Shown here: piece after piece, positions 1-7,834 of the stretch
How the letters are laid out: the number at the start of each line of letters is the position of its first letter
Numbering within the stretch: the first letter of the stretch is position 1
DNA from: Fibrobacter succinogenes subsp. succinogenes S85
GTDB taxonomy: Bacteria; Fibrobacterota; Fibrobacteria; Fibrobacterales; Fibrobacteraceae
Reading direction: 5' to 3'
DNA length: 32,000 nucleotides
Assembly (NCBI RefSeq): GCF_000146505.1
Contig: NC_017448.1
Location: 810,001 to 842,000 of the forward strand
The notes under the pieces: model-generated
Databases searched by the model: none
Seen by the model: the letters and a program-made list of their open reading frames with translations, nothing else
Told to the model about the DNA's origin: nothing
Made by a program: the position numbers and the translations under genes

Positions 1-336
1 ACCTGTAGATGGTTTTTTCATAGAGAAAAACCCATTTTCAAAAAAAATACTTTTTGTATTTAAGTCTAGATTGTCGGAATTAAAACGTAAAGAAGGAGTG
101 TGTTTTTATTATATATAAGTTTATTTTGTTGTTTTTTATTTGTGTTGTATCAAAACTCTTTTATGCCTTGACGAACGCGGCAATGTCATTGTGGCTCATT
201 CGCCTCTCAGATCTTATAGGTGCTCTTTGGGGGCTGAGGTAAAACTATCCCTTTGAAAAAGTGGTATATTGTCCTAAAAGAGTTTTATCATGTTTAGTTA
301 AGTCTTATAGGGATTCTTTAAAAGCCGAGGCAAGCA

Positions 337-783
337 ATGATAATCGCGATCAACAAAGATGATCCGTGGTGGGAAAAGACCCGCGCTTTCGCGAAAGATT
401 GCCCATGGCTGCCGGGGCGTCGTTTAGCCGAGCGAATGTCAAAAAACGATTTCCTAGACTGGGAAAAAGTTTTCGTTGCTGTACACGGTGAAGATGTTGT
501 CGGCTTTTGCGTTCTCGAGGAGAACGGGAACACTCCTGCGCAATTCAATTGCAGCCCCTTTATTAACCTCGTTTACGTTGGCGAAGAATTCCGGGGAGAG
601 CGGCTATCCAAAAGCTTAATTGACGCAGCGCTTGATTACGCCCAAAGGCTCGGCTATAAAAAAGTTTATCTTAAAAGCGAACATCACGGGCTGTACGAAA
701 AATACGGATTCAAAAAAATTGCAGATTTTAAGCCAACGGTCGGGCTTGCGAACCAACTGTTTGAAATAGAAATTTCAGTTTAA
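337..783 (+). CDS. GNAT-family N-acetyltransferase
   Basis: 148-aa ATG-initiated ORF. The acetyl-CoA-binding core VYVGEEFRGERLSKSLIDAALDYAQRLG followed by LYEKYGFKKI fits the classic GNAT motif A/B arrangement. Confidence 0.8.
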   Translation: MIIAINKDDPWWEKTRAFAKDCPWLPGRRLAERMSKNDFLDWEKVFVAVHGEDVVGFCVLEENGNTPAQFNCSPFINLVYVGEEFRGERLSKSLIDAALDYAQRLGYKKVYLKSEHHGLYEKYGFKKIADFKPTVGLANQLFEIEISV

Positions 784-858
784 CGTTAGCCTTTTAGCAC
801 TCATTCGTGGCAAAAAAATTTTTTGACTTTTCCGCCCTTTTTATCCTATATTAAAAGT

Positions 859-1302
859 ATGAAATACTTAAAAATGTTTTGTAGGGGTCTGCTAGGGTTA
901 TTTATGACCTACGCAGGTTTCAGTCACTTGACCATCGCTAGGCAGGAATTCCTAGCGCAGGTCCCATCGTGGTTTCCGCAGAATCCGGGATTCCTGGATT
1001 TCGTGGTATTGGCCTCGGGCGTCGTCGAGATTTTGCTCGGCCTCAGCATGATATTCTTGTACAAGCACAAGGGTACGGTTGGCGTACTGCTTGCTCTGTT
1101 CTACGTTGCTATTTTCCCGGGCAACATCAGCCAGTACGTGAACGGCATCAGCGCTTTCGGGCTCGATACTGACCAGGCCCGATTCATCCGCCTGTTCTTC
1201 CAGCCGGTATTGATTGCCTGGGCGCTCTGGTCCACTGACGGCGTGCAGAAGCTCAAGGAATGGCGAAATCGCTATTGCAACAAACGCAAAGAAAGCAAGT
1301 AA
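859..1302 (+). CDS. small integral membrane protein (DoxX-like)
   Basis: ORF 823..1302; the ATG at 859 (MKYLKMF...) is preferred. It has four hydrophobic helices (LLGLFMTYAGF, FVVLASGVVEILLGLSMIF, VGVLLALFYVAIFPG, FFQPVLIAWALW), an arrangement typical of DoxX-like families. The family assignment is tentative. Confidence 0.5.
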   Translation: MKYLKMFCRGLLGLFMTYAGFSHLTIARQEFLAQVPSWFPQNPGFLDFVVLASGVVEILLGLSMIFLYKHKGTVGVLLALFYVAIFPGNISQYVNGISAFGLDTDQARFIRLFFQPVLIAWALWSTDGVQKLKEWRNRYCNKRKESK

Positions 1303-1336
1303 GCGAGTTCATTAAAAGTCAATTTTTCACAACCGG

Positions 1337-1376
1337 GTACCTATAAATCCACGCCAAACCACGTTTTTATAGGTAC
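1337..1376. repeat. perfect 11-bp inverted repeat GTACCTATAAA / TTTATAGGTAC with 18-nt spacer
   Basis: Read directly: the arms are at 1337-1347 and 1366-1376. The repeat is intergenic and has no flanking U-tract on either strand. Confidence 0.6.
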
Positions 1377-1456
1377 TCCAAACCCACAGCGCAAGAATTG
1401 CGCAAAAGTCCTAAAAAGGCGGAATCTCCGTAAAAAAAACGCCCATCCCTAAAAAT

Positions 1457-1499
1457 GCGCCTGTAGTCACAAATGTCCACAGGCGTTTATTTAATTTTT
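1457..1499 (+). terminator. candidate intrinsic terminator
   Basis: Stem CGCCTGT (1458-1464) pairs with ACAGGCG (1479-1485) and is followed by TTTATTTAATTTTT. It lies about 155 nt downstream of the membrane-protein gene. Confidence 0.4.
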
Positions 1500-1569
1500 G
1501 CCAAACTATATTTTGAGTATATATTTACAGGAAAACCGTTCCGCAGGGACCATTTAAAAGGCGTTGTTT

Positions 1570-3504
1570 ATGGGATATTCAAATTTTTTCACAGTGGCTG
1601 CATTCGGCACGCTATTTGCTATCTCCCCCACATTGGCCATCGACATTACCGTTGATGCAAATGCGGGCATCAAGAAAATTTCGCCGTACCTTTACGGGCG
1701 AAACATCGACAAAATCAGCGATGGCGACGCTGAGGTGACCGAAGAAGAGTCTGCCTTCATCAACCAGATGCTCGAAGCAGGCATCCACATGTTGCGAGCG
1801 AACAACGGCAACAATGCCACGCGCTACAATTGGCGTCACAAAATGACAGTTCACCCCGACTGGTATAACAACGTGTACTCGCACGATTGGGCAATTACTG
1901 CACAAAAGGTGCTTGACAAGATGCCGGGAGTCGACGCCATGTACGCCTTCCAGCTCACAGGCTATGCAGCTAGCAGCACTGACTACAACTTTCCCGACTG
2001 GAACTGGAAACAAGAACACGGCACGTACGCAACGCAAACGTTCGACCTTGCGGGCGGCGGCGAAGTCTCAGAAGACGGCAAGACGCTCATCAAGGCAGGC
2101 GACCCATCGCTTTACAACATGGAATGGCCGGCCGATTCTACGGTAGCCATTATCCCTCATTGGAAAGACGAACTCAAGTTCGACATGAGCCGTTTTAAAT
2201 ATTGGAGCATGGATAACGAGATGGAAATCTGGCGCGGCACGCACAACGATTTGGATTTGCCCGTCACGGGAGACTTTCTCGTTGAGCGTTACATCGACGT
2301 AGCCAAGAAGGCTCGTGCCGCTTGGGGCGACATTAAGCTTACCGGTCCTGTTGCAGCAAACGAATGGCAATGGTGTTCCGTATCTTCGTACAACAAGGAA
2401 GACCGCCCTAAAGGCGAAGACCGCAACTACTGTTGGCTAGAATACTTTATCATGAAAGTTGCCGAAGAACAGAAAAAATCTGGTGTTCGCCTACTCGATG
2501 TTTTCGACATTCACTGGTACCCGACAGAAAAGGATTACGAATCACGCGTGAACTGGCATCGAGTCTTGTTTGATACAACCTATAACTATCCAGGCGCAAA
2601 CGGCATAAAGATGGTCGGTGGCAACTGGGACAATAAAGTTACCAAGGAGTACATTTTCGTGCGCATCAACCAGTGGCTCGAAAAATACTTCGGCAAGGAT
2701 CACGGCATCACGCTCGGCATTACCGAAACAAGCATCATTGACAACGACCCCATGGTAACGGCCCTCACTTACGCATCGTTCCTCGGCACCATGCAAGATA
2801 ACGGCGTGGAGATTTTCACCCCGTGGACGTGGGGCGACGGAATGTACGAAACGGTGCACCTGTTCAGCCGCTACGGCCACCCGAACCGAGTGCAGTCGAC
2901 TTCAAGTAATGATTCGCTGGTATCCGCCTACAGTTCTATCAGCAACAAGGGCGATTCGCTCACAGTCATCTTCGTGAACCGCGCTGAAAAGGACGCACAA
3001 GAAATCAACCTCGATCTTGCGAACTTCGCCTCCGACGGAACAGTCAAAACACTCACCTTGCAAAATCTCCAAGGCGAAACGTTCGTTTCGCACACAAGCA
3101 ACGCCTTGAAAGAGAACGCAGTTGAAGCAAATGCGCAGGGCGGAACGACCACTGCGACGGGCTACAGCATAAACAGATTCAAGATGACGCTCCCTGCAAA
3201 ATCCATCACCGCGGTGCTACTCACTACGACTACGCCAAAACAAATCGACGCCATAGCCCCCACGAGAAGCACACTCTCAGGGAACCTGCTGCACCAGGAA
3301 AACGGCAACTGGTTTATCGACAACGGTTCAGGGAAAGTGCGCCGTATAAACGTGTTCAACAGTCTCGGGCAAAGCGTACTGCGAATACAACAGCCCGCCC
3401 GCGGAAACTTCCGCATTGCAAGCGAAGTGCTCAGCAAAGGCAATTTCATTGTGCGCATAGAAACTGCAAGCGGAACGCAAATGCAAAAAATAACAGTGAA
3501 GTAG
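1570..3504 (+). CDS. secreted glycoside hydrolase (clan GH-A, GH44-like motif pattern) with T9SS-type C-terminal sorting domain
   Basis: ATG at 1570 inside ORF 1564..3504. Signal-like N-terminus FFTVAAFGTLFAISPTLA. Motifs NNATRYNW, YWSMDNEMEIWRGTH (acid/base NE), FDIHWYPTE and LGITETS (nucleophile candidate) are present. The last ~80 aa (VFNSLGQSVLRI...GNFIVRIETASGTQMQKITVK) resemble a Por/T9SS C-terminal domain. The exact GH family is not verifiable here. Confidence 0.7.
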   Translation: MGYSNFFTVAAFGTLFAISPTLAIDITVDANAGIKKISPYLYGRNIDKISDGDAEVTEEESAFINQMLEAGIHMLRANNGNNATRYNWRHKMTVHPDWYNNVYSHDWAITAQKVLDKMPGVDAMYAFQLTGYAASSTDYNFPDWNWKQEHGTYATQTFDLAGGGEVSEDGKTLIKAGDPSLYNMEWPADSTVAIIPHWKDELKFDMSRFKYWSMDNEMEIWRGTHNDLDLPVTGDFLVERYIDVAKKARAAWGDIKLTGPVAANEWQWCSVSSYNKEDRPKGEDRNYCWLEYFIMKVAEEQKKSGVRLLDVFDIHWYPTEKDYESRVNWHRVLFDTTYNYPGANGIKMVGGNWDNKVTKEYIFVRINQWLEKYFGKDHGITLGITETSIIDNDPMVTALTYASFLGTMQDNGVEIFTPWTWGDGMYETVHLFSRYGHPNRVQSTSSNDSLVSAYSSISNKGDSLTVIFVNRAEKDAQEINLDLANFASDGTVKTLTLQNLQGETFVSHTSNALKENAVEANAQGGTTTATGYSINRFKMTLPAKSITAVLLTTTTPKQIDAIAPTRSTLSGNLLHQENGNWFIDNGSGKVRRINVFNSLGQSVLRIQQPARGNFRIASEVLSKGNFIVRIETASGTQMQKITVK

Positions 3505-3550
3505 AATTTATCTATAGCAACAACTAACGAAAGCCTATCATACCAGAACG

Positions 3551-4537
3551 CTAATCAATCAAGTCGTTCTGGAATCTCGACAGGTGTTCGAACGGCAAGA
3601 TTTGGCGACCTCTAAACAGTCCGCAGCCATCGTTGATCAATTGATTGTTGATGGCCTTGAACATGTTCACGTCCAGCTTTGAAAGCTCAAGTTCCTGCAA
3701 TTTTGTCAGGCGCTCATAAGCATCGTCAAAGTAAACGCACTCGCCACTCGGAATTTGGTCATGTTTGGAACGACGCGTTTCTTGAGTCTTTTCATACCCG
3801 AAGTGATTTGCATCACCGATTTCGGCAAAGTCATCCATATCTTTTGTTCTAAGTTGTACTTCCGTATAGCAACGCGCAAGATTATCATACATCGTTATGT
3901 GCAACGATTGATAACCGGAGCTTCGCGGAGTCGCCACCGAATCATGGTAATACGGTTGAACAGCATCTTTCAGCAAGTCGCAATGGCCGCCATCCTTGTG
4001 TCTTGAAATTTCTGGAGTAAATCCACGTTCTTCCAAAAATTCAGGCATGACGTTCGCAATTTCGTAAAGATACTTCCGTTCAACTTCGCTCCGTTCCTCA
4101 CCTTTTTTGATATGGCAAGCAGGCATCGAAATGACAATACGGTAAGCAATCAAGTCGCGAAAATTCAGTGTGCTTTTTATTTCGGCTTCAGATGGGAACA
4201 CCCCATTTTTCTTGTAATAGTTATAAACAAATTCAAGGATATATCCATTAAATTTTTCTTCGGCGCGAATCAATGACTTGATGCGTCCTTTGAACGTAAA
4301 CGCCAAGAAGGGATATTCCCTCGTCATGTACTTGTAGAATTCTTTTATTCGTTGAGATTGCGAAGTCAAGAAGTCATTGTGTTCTAGCAATTCAATAATC
4401 TGAATCAAAAAATTCGAATGCGCAAGATCAATGCTATTATGCGTTTCCTTAGCACTGTTTCTGAGATCATTTGAATATTGGTGCAAAATTTTCAGCACCG
4501 TGTTTCCAGAAAACAGATAGTCATTCAAAGAAATCAT
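3551..4537 (-). CDS. RelA/SpoT-domain protein (stand-alone alarmone-synthetase / toxSAS-like nucleotide pyrophosphokinase)
   Basis: ATG at 4537 with a GGGAGG Shine-Dalgarno 7 nt upstream; the ORF track's 4555 start is TTG. Synthetase motifs appear in order: FKGRIKSLIRAEEKF, FRDLIAYRIVISM, SSGYQSLHITMY, EVQLRTKDMDDFAEIGDANHFGYEK. There is no HD, TGS or ACT domain. Confidence 0.75.
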   Translation of the reverse strand: MISLNDYLFSGNTVLKILHQYSNDLRNSAKETHNSIDLAHSNFLIQIIELLEHNDFLTSQSQRIKEFYKYMTREYPFLAFTFKGRIKSLIRAEEKFNGYILEFVYNYYKKNGVFPSEAEIKSTLNFRDLIAYRIVISMPACHIKKGEERSEVERKYLYEIANVMPEFLEERGFTPEISRHKDGGHCDLLKDAVQPYYHDSVATPRSSGYQSLHITMYDNLARCYTEVQLRTKDMDDFAEIGDANHFGYEKTQETRRSKHDQIPSGECVYFDDAYERLTKLQELELSKLDVNMFKAINNQLINDGCGLFRGRQILPFEHLSRFQNDLID

Positions 4538-4551
4538 CTTACGCCTCCCGA

Positions 4552-4565
4552 GCAAGAATTCTTGC
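4552..4565. promoter_or_regulatory. perfect 14-bp palindrome GCAAGAATTCTTGC abutting the SD of the RelA/SpoT-domain gene
   Basis: Read directly. On the minus strand the order is GCAAGAATTCTTGC-TC-GGGAGG-CGTAAG-ATG. A related CTTGCGAATTC lies at about 4598-4608. Confidence 0.45.
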
Positions 4566-4749
4566 GGTTTTTACGTGTCAAAATATAACAAAAGCTCTTG
4601 CGAATTCTAGTGAAATAAGGTAAATTACAAAACAAATATTTTTTCGCATTTCAAAACATTACGTATGATGTAAAAGAGATTTTCACGAATTGTAACAAAT
4701 TACAAAAACTTAAAAAAATTTTGATCTTGAATATTTAGGATAAAATTTT

Positions 4750-4995
4750 ATGGAAAACAGAGAACTCAAAATCCACGGCATTTACAAGCACTTCAAGAAC
4801 CGCTACTACATTGTCGAAGGAGTCGCAAAACATTCCGAGACCGACGAAGAATACGTCATCTACCGCAAGCTCTACGGAGATAACGCCATGTGGATTCGAG
4901 AGAAATCCATGTTCTTAAGCGAAGTTGATCACGAAAAATATCCTGAAGTCAAGCAAAAATGGCGTTTTGAAGAAGTTGAGCTTGGACAACAGTAA
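4750..4995 (+). CDS. DUF1653-like small protein
   Basis: 81 aa. The pattern [33 protein letters not shown]...WIREKSMF matches my recollection of the DUF1653 signature (Y-KG-Y-v...a-HSET-e-VvY--ly). Confidence 0.65.
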   Translation: MENRELKIHGIYKHFKNRYYIVEGVAKHSETDEEYVIYRKLYGDNAMWIREKSMFLSEVDHEKYPEVKQKWRFEEVELGQQ

Positions 4996-5047
4996 TTACA
5001 CCTTTTCAGCTTCTCACCCGCATAACGAATTTTCTATCTTTCTAGTC

Positions 5048-6175
5048 ATGCTCGACTATTCTCAAGTTCCAAGTCCCTGTTTCGTACTTGACGAAACGCG
5101 TCTCCGCCGCAATATGGAAATCCTCGACGATATCCAGAAAAAGACCGGCGTCAAAATCATCTGCGCCCTCAAGGGTTACAGCTTCTGGCGTTCTTTCCCG
5201 CTCATCGGCGAATACCTCGCCGGCGCCACCGCCTCTAGCCTCAACGAAGCCCGCCTCGCGCGCGAAGAGATGAACAAGGAAGTCCACGTCTTTGCGCCCG
5301 TCTACGAAGACGACGAAATCGACGCCATCCTCGATGCAGCGGACCACATCACGTTCAACAGCTTTTCGCAGTGGCAGCGTTACAAGGACAAGACGCTAGC
5401 CCACGGCGTCAGTGCCGGCATCCGCGTGAACCCGGAATTTTCGACAGTCGAAACCGACCTTTACAACCCCTGCGGCAAGTTCTCCCGCCTCGGCGTGACC
5501 GAAAAGGAATTCAAGCCCGAACTCCTCGATGGCATTGACGGACTCCACTTCCATGCACTTTGCGAACAAGATGCCGACGCCCTAGAAGGCGTTCTCGCCG
5601 CATTTGAAAAGCACTTCGGCAAGTACCTCCCGCAAATGAAGTGGGTGAACTTCGGCGGTGGCCACCACATCACCCGCAAGGACTACCACCGCGACGAACT
5701 CGTGCGCATTCTCAAGGATTTCTCCGCACGTTACCCGCACTTGCAGGTCATCATGGAACCGGGCGAAGCTATCGGCTGGCAGACCGGTGAACTTGTCACA
5801 AGCGTTGGCGACATCGTCCACAACGAAATGGACATCGCAATACTCAACGTTTCCATCAGCGCCCACATGCCGGACTGCCTCGAAATGCCTTACCGTCCAA
5901 GCGTCATCGGCGCCGCATTCCCGGGCGAAAAGGCACACACGTATAAGCTCACGGGCAATTCCTGCCTCGCAGGCGATCAGCTCGGTGACTTCTCGTTCGA
6001 CGAACCGCTCAAGGTCGGCGACCGCATCATCTTCGAAGACATGATCCACTACACCATGGTCAAGACCACGTTCTTCAACGGTGTGCGCCACCCGAGCATC
6101 GGCAAGTTCGACGAAAACGGCAAGTTCCACCTGCTGCACAAATTCACGTACGAGCAGTTTAAGGAGAAGCTGTAG
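5048..6175 (+). CDS. nspC: carboxynorspermidine decarboxylase
   Basis: ATG at 5048 (MLDYSQVPSPCFVLDE...). It aligns by eye along its full length with NspC proteins: KIICALKGYSFW, FNSFSQW, GIRVNPEFS, KFSRLGV, LHFHALCEQDADAL, VNFGGGHH, IMEPGEAI, GNSCLAGDQLGDFSFDEPL, HYTMVKTTFFNGVRHP. Confidence 0.9.
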   Translation: MLDYSQVPSPCFVLDETRLRRNMEILDDIQKKTGVKIICALKGYSFWRSFPLIGEYLAGATASSLNEARLAREEMNKEVHVFAPVYEDDEIDAILDAADHITFNSFSQWQRYKDKTLAHGVSAGIRVNPEFSTVETDLYNPCGKFSRLGVTEKEFKPELLDGIDGLHFHALCEQDADALEGVLAAFEKHFGKYLPQMKWVNFGGGHHITRKDYHRDELVRILKDFSARYPHLQVIMEPGEAIGWQTGELVTSVGDIVHNEMDIAILNVSISAHMPDCLEMPYRPSVIGAAFPGEKAHTYKLTGNSCLAGDQLGDFSFDEPLKVGDRIIFEDMIHYTMVKTTFFNGVRHPSIGKFDENGKFHLLHKFTYEQFKEKL

Positions 6176-6192
6176 CGCCGTAAGCACAGTGG

Positions 6193-6220
6193 TTAGTGAT
6201 TAGTAGTTAGTGATTAGTAA
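6193..6220. repeat. 4 x 7-bp tandem repeat TTAGTGA TTAGTAG TTAGTGA TTAGTAA
   Basis: Read directly. It lies between the nspC stop and the tsaE ATG and contains eight stop triplets covering all three forward frames. Confidence 0.9.
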
Positions 6221-6228
6221 ACTCGGGC

Positions 6229-6669
6229 ATGACAAAAAAGCATCATGAGCAAGCAATGAAATTCAAAAGCGAAGACGAAACATACAACTGGGCGCTTGAA
6301 TTTGCGAAGGAACTCAAGGTCGGCGACAAGGTCGCCCTCTACGGGAACCTCGGCGCAGGCAAGACAGTCATCAGCCGCGGCATCTGCAAAGGGCTCGGTT
6401 TCGAAGGCACAGTCTGCTCCCCGACCTACACCATCCTCCACGAATACCCGAACAACCCGCCCATTTTCCACTTCGACCTGTACCGCCTCGAAGGCGGCGC
6501 AGACCTTTATGAAGTCGGCATGGACCCGGACTATCTTGAAAGAGGCATCAGCCTCATCGAATGGCCCGAGCGATTAGAAGAAAACGACGCAGGCATCACC
6601 CACGTCGTTAAAATCCAAATCGTTTCCGAGACCGAACGCGAAATTACAGTCGAGAAAATCGCGAAATAG
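6229..6669 (+). CDS. tsaE: tRNA t6A37 threonylcarbamoyladenosine biosynthesis protein TsaE (YjeE ATPase)
   Basis: P-loop LYGNLGAGKT followed by SPTYTILHEY and HFDLYRL, the diagnostic TsaE/YjeE motifs. Length 146 aa. Confidence 0.9.
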   Translation: MTKKHHEQAMKFKSEDETYNWALEFAKELKVGDKVALYGNLGAGKTVISRGICKGLGFEGTVCSPTYTILHEYPNNPPIFHFDLYRLEGGADLYEVGMDPDYLERGISLIEWPERLEENDAGITHVVKIQIVSETEREITVEKIAK

Positions 6670-6678
6670 CGTTCAGCC

Positions 6679-7371
6679 TTATTGAGCCTTTTTGCGCTTA
6701 CCCTTGCGAGCAAGTTTCTTGTTCGCTTTTTCTATAGAATCAGCAACAGCCTTTGCACGAAGTTCTGCAGCGACCTGAGCCAAGGAATCCGCAATAGCCT
6801 TTTCCTTTGCAATCGAATCGGCACGGGCAACGGCAGCAGCAACGCTAGCCTTGACAGCATCGTTATTGGCAATGTTGTTCCAATCCTTGCGGTCGCCCTG
6901 ACTCAAGAGCATCGGACCATTGTATTCAGTCACAACTTTGTATGCAGCAACTGTATCACGTGCAGCCATGGCACCCATAGCATCAGCATACAAATCCTTC
7001 TGGTGGTTGCGCAAATCTTCGATGGCACCCAAACGGTTCTGGCGGAGGATTTCCATGGAATCGCTCACAAAGCCCAAGTCCCACGTTTCGTTATAGCAGG
7101 CTTCGGCATCCACATATTTTGCAGCATTGGTCTCTGCAGCGACATACAAAGCATCGCAGTTTGCAAACATGGTGGCACTTTTCTGCTTGGCATACTGGTA
7201 ATAGTAATAGCCACCAGCGATTAAGCCGATAAGCACGAGCAAGAACACACCGTCCTGCCAGCCCATAATCGGCGCCTGCGGAAGTTTCGGTCTACCGTTA
7301 ATGGTTTCACCGGCTTCCAGTTTTTCTTCAGCCTCGTCAAACGGGCTTTTTCCATTCAAGAAACTAAACAT
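6679..7371 (-). CDS. single-pass membrane-anchored protein, function unknown
   Basis: 230 aa. One TM helix (VFLLVLIGLIAGGYYYY), an Ala-rich helical C-terminal part and a basic tail KKLARKGKRKKAQ. It sits 9 nt downstream of the sufE-like gene, so it is probably co-transcribed. Confidence 0.6.
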   Translation of the reverse strand: MFSFLNGKSPFDEAEEKLEAGETINGRPKLPQAPIMGWQDGVFLLVLIGLIAGGYYYYQYAKQKSATMFANCDALYVAAETNAAKYVDAEACYNETWDLGFVSDSMEILRQNRLGAIEDLRNHQKDLYADAMGAMAARDTVAAYKVVTEYNGPMLLSQGDRKDWNNIANNDAVKASVAAAVARADSIAKEKAIADSLAQVAAELRAKAVADSIEKANKKLARKGKRKKAQ

Positions 7372-7380
7372 AGAGTCGTC

Positions 7381-7827
7381 CTATTTTTTTGAAATTGCGT
7401 CAAAGACGCGTGCGTATAAATAAATTTGTTTCAAAAGGCTTGCAAAACCGTTTGAACGTGTTGGTGAAAGCCCGACATTGAGTCCAATCTGCTGGAAAAA
7501 CGTCGGATCCACCGAAAGGATATCGGCCGGAGCCATGTCGTTGAAAATCTGCAAGGCGAGCGCACCGAGACCACGGCTAATCAGCGGGTTCGTCGTACCG
7601 CCTTCCACATCCATCTCAAAATGGATTTTTGCGCCATCAAATTTCGGCACGAGATACATTGTTGAGGCGCAGCCCTGGATAATGAACTTTTCCGCCTTGA
7701 GGGAGGCATCCATACCCTTGTGTTCACGAGCCAAATCCAAGAGGAATTTCCACTTGTCATCCGGATCTGTGAACGAAGCAAATTTTGCTCTAATCTTTTC
7801 TTGACGATCAACAATACTTTCTGACAT
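7381..7827 (-). CDS. sufE: SufE-family sulfur acceptor protein
   Basis: ATG at 7827 (MSESIVDRQEK...). KWKFLLDLAR, IIQGCASTMYL (active-site Cys) and SRGLGALAL fit the SufE/CsdE family. Confidence 0.75.
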   Translation of the reverse strand: MSESIVDRQEKIRAKFASFTDPDDKWKFLLDLAREHKGMDASLKAEKFIIQGCASTMYLVPKFDGAKIHFEMDVEGGTTNPLISRGLGALALQIFNDMAPADILSVDPTFFQQIGLNVGLSPTRSNGFASLLKQIYLYARVFDAISKK

Positions 7828-7834
7828 AATCAAA

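Noticed and set aside
1-336. Leading 336 nt were examined for an RNA gene, a riboswitch, or the start of a minus-strand gene (CAT at 19-21 would give MKKPSTG... running off the window).
   Set aside because: The region is AT-rich with no convincing conserved RNA structure. The possible minus-strand start has only 7 codons in the window and no RBS, so it cannot be supported.
1473-1655. 60-aa ORF spanning the intergenic region and the GH gene start. Other internal short ORFs include 969-1172 and 1913-2146.
   Set aside because: It overlaps a candidate terminator and the better-supported GH start, and it has no RBS and no recognisable motifs.
4925-5047. N-terminal 41-aa extension of nspC suggested by the ORF track, overlapping the DUF1653 gene.
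   Set aside because: Homology to NspC begins at MLDYSQVPSPCF (ATG 5048). The extension is out of frame with and overlaps the DUF1653 coding sequence, and it has no counterpart in NspC proteins.
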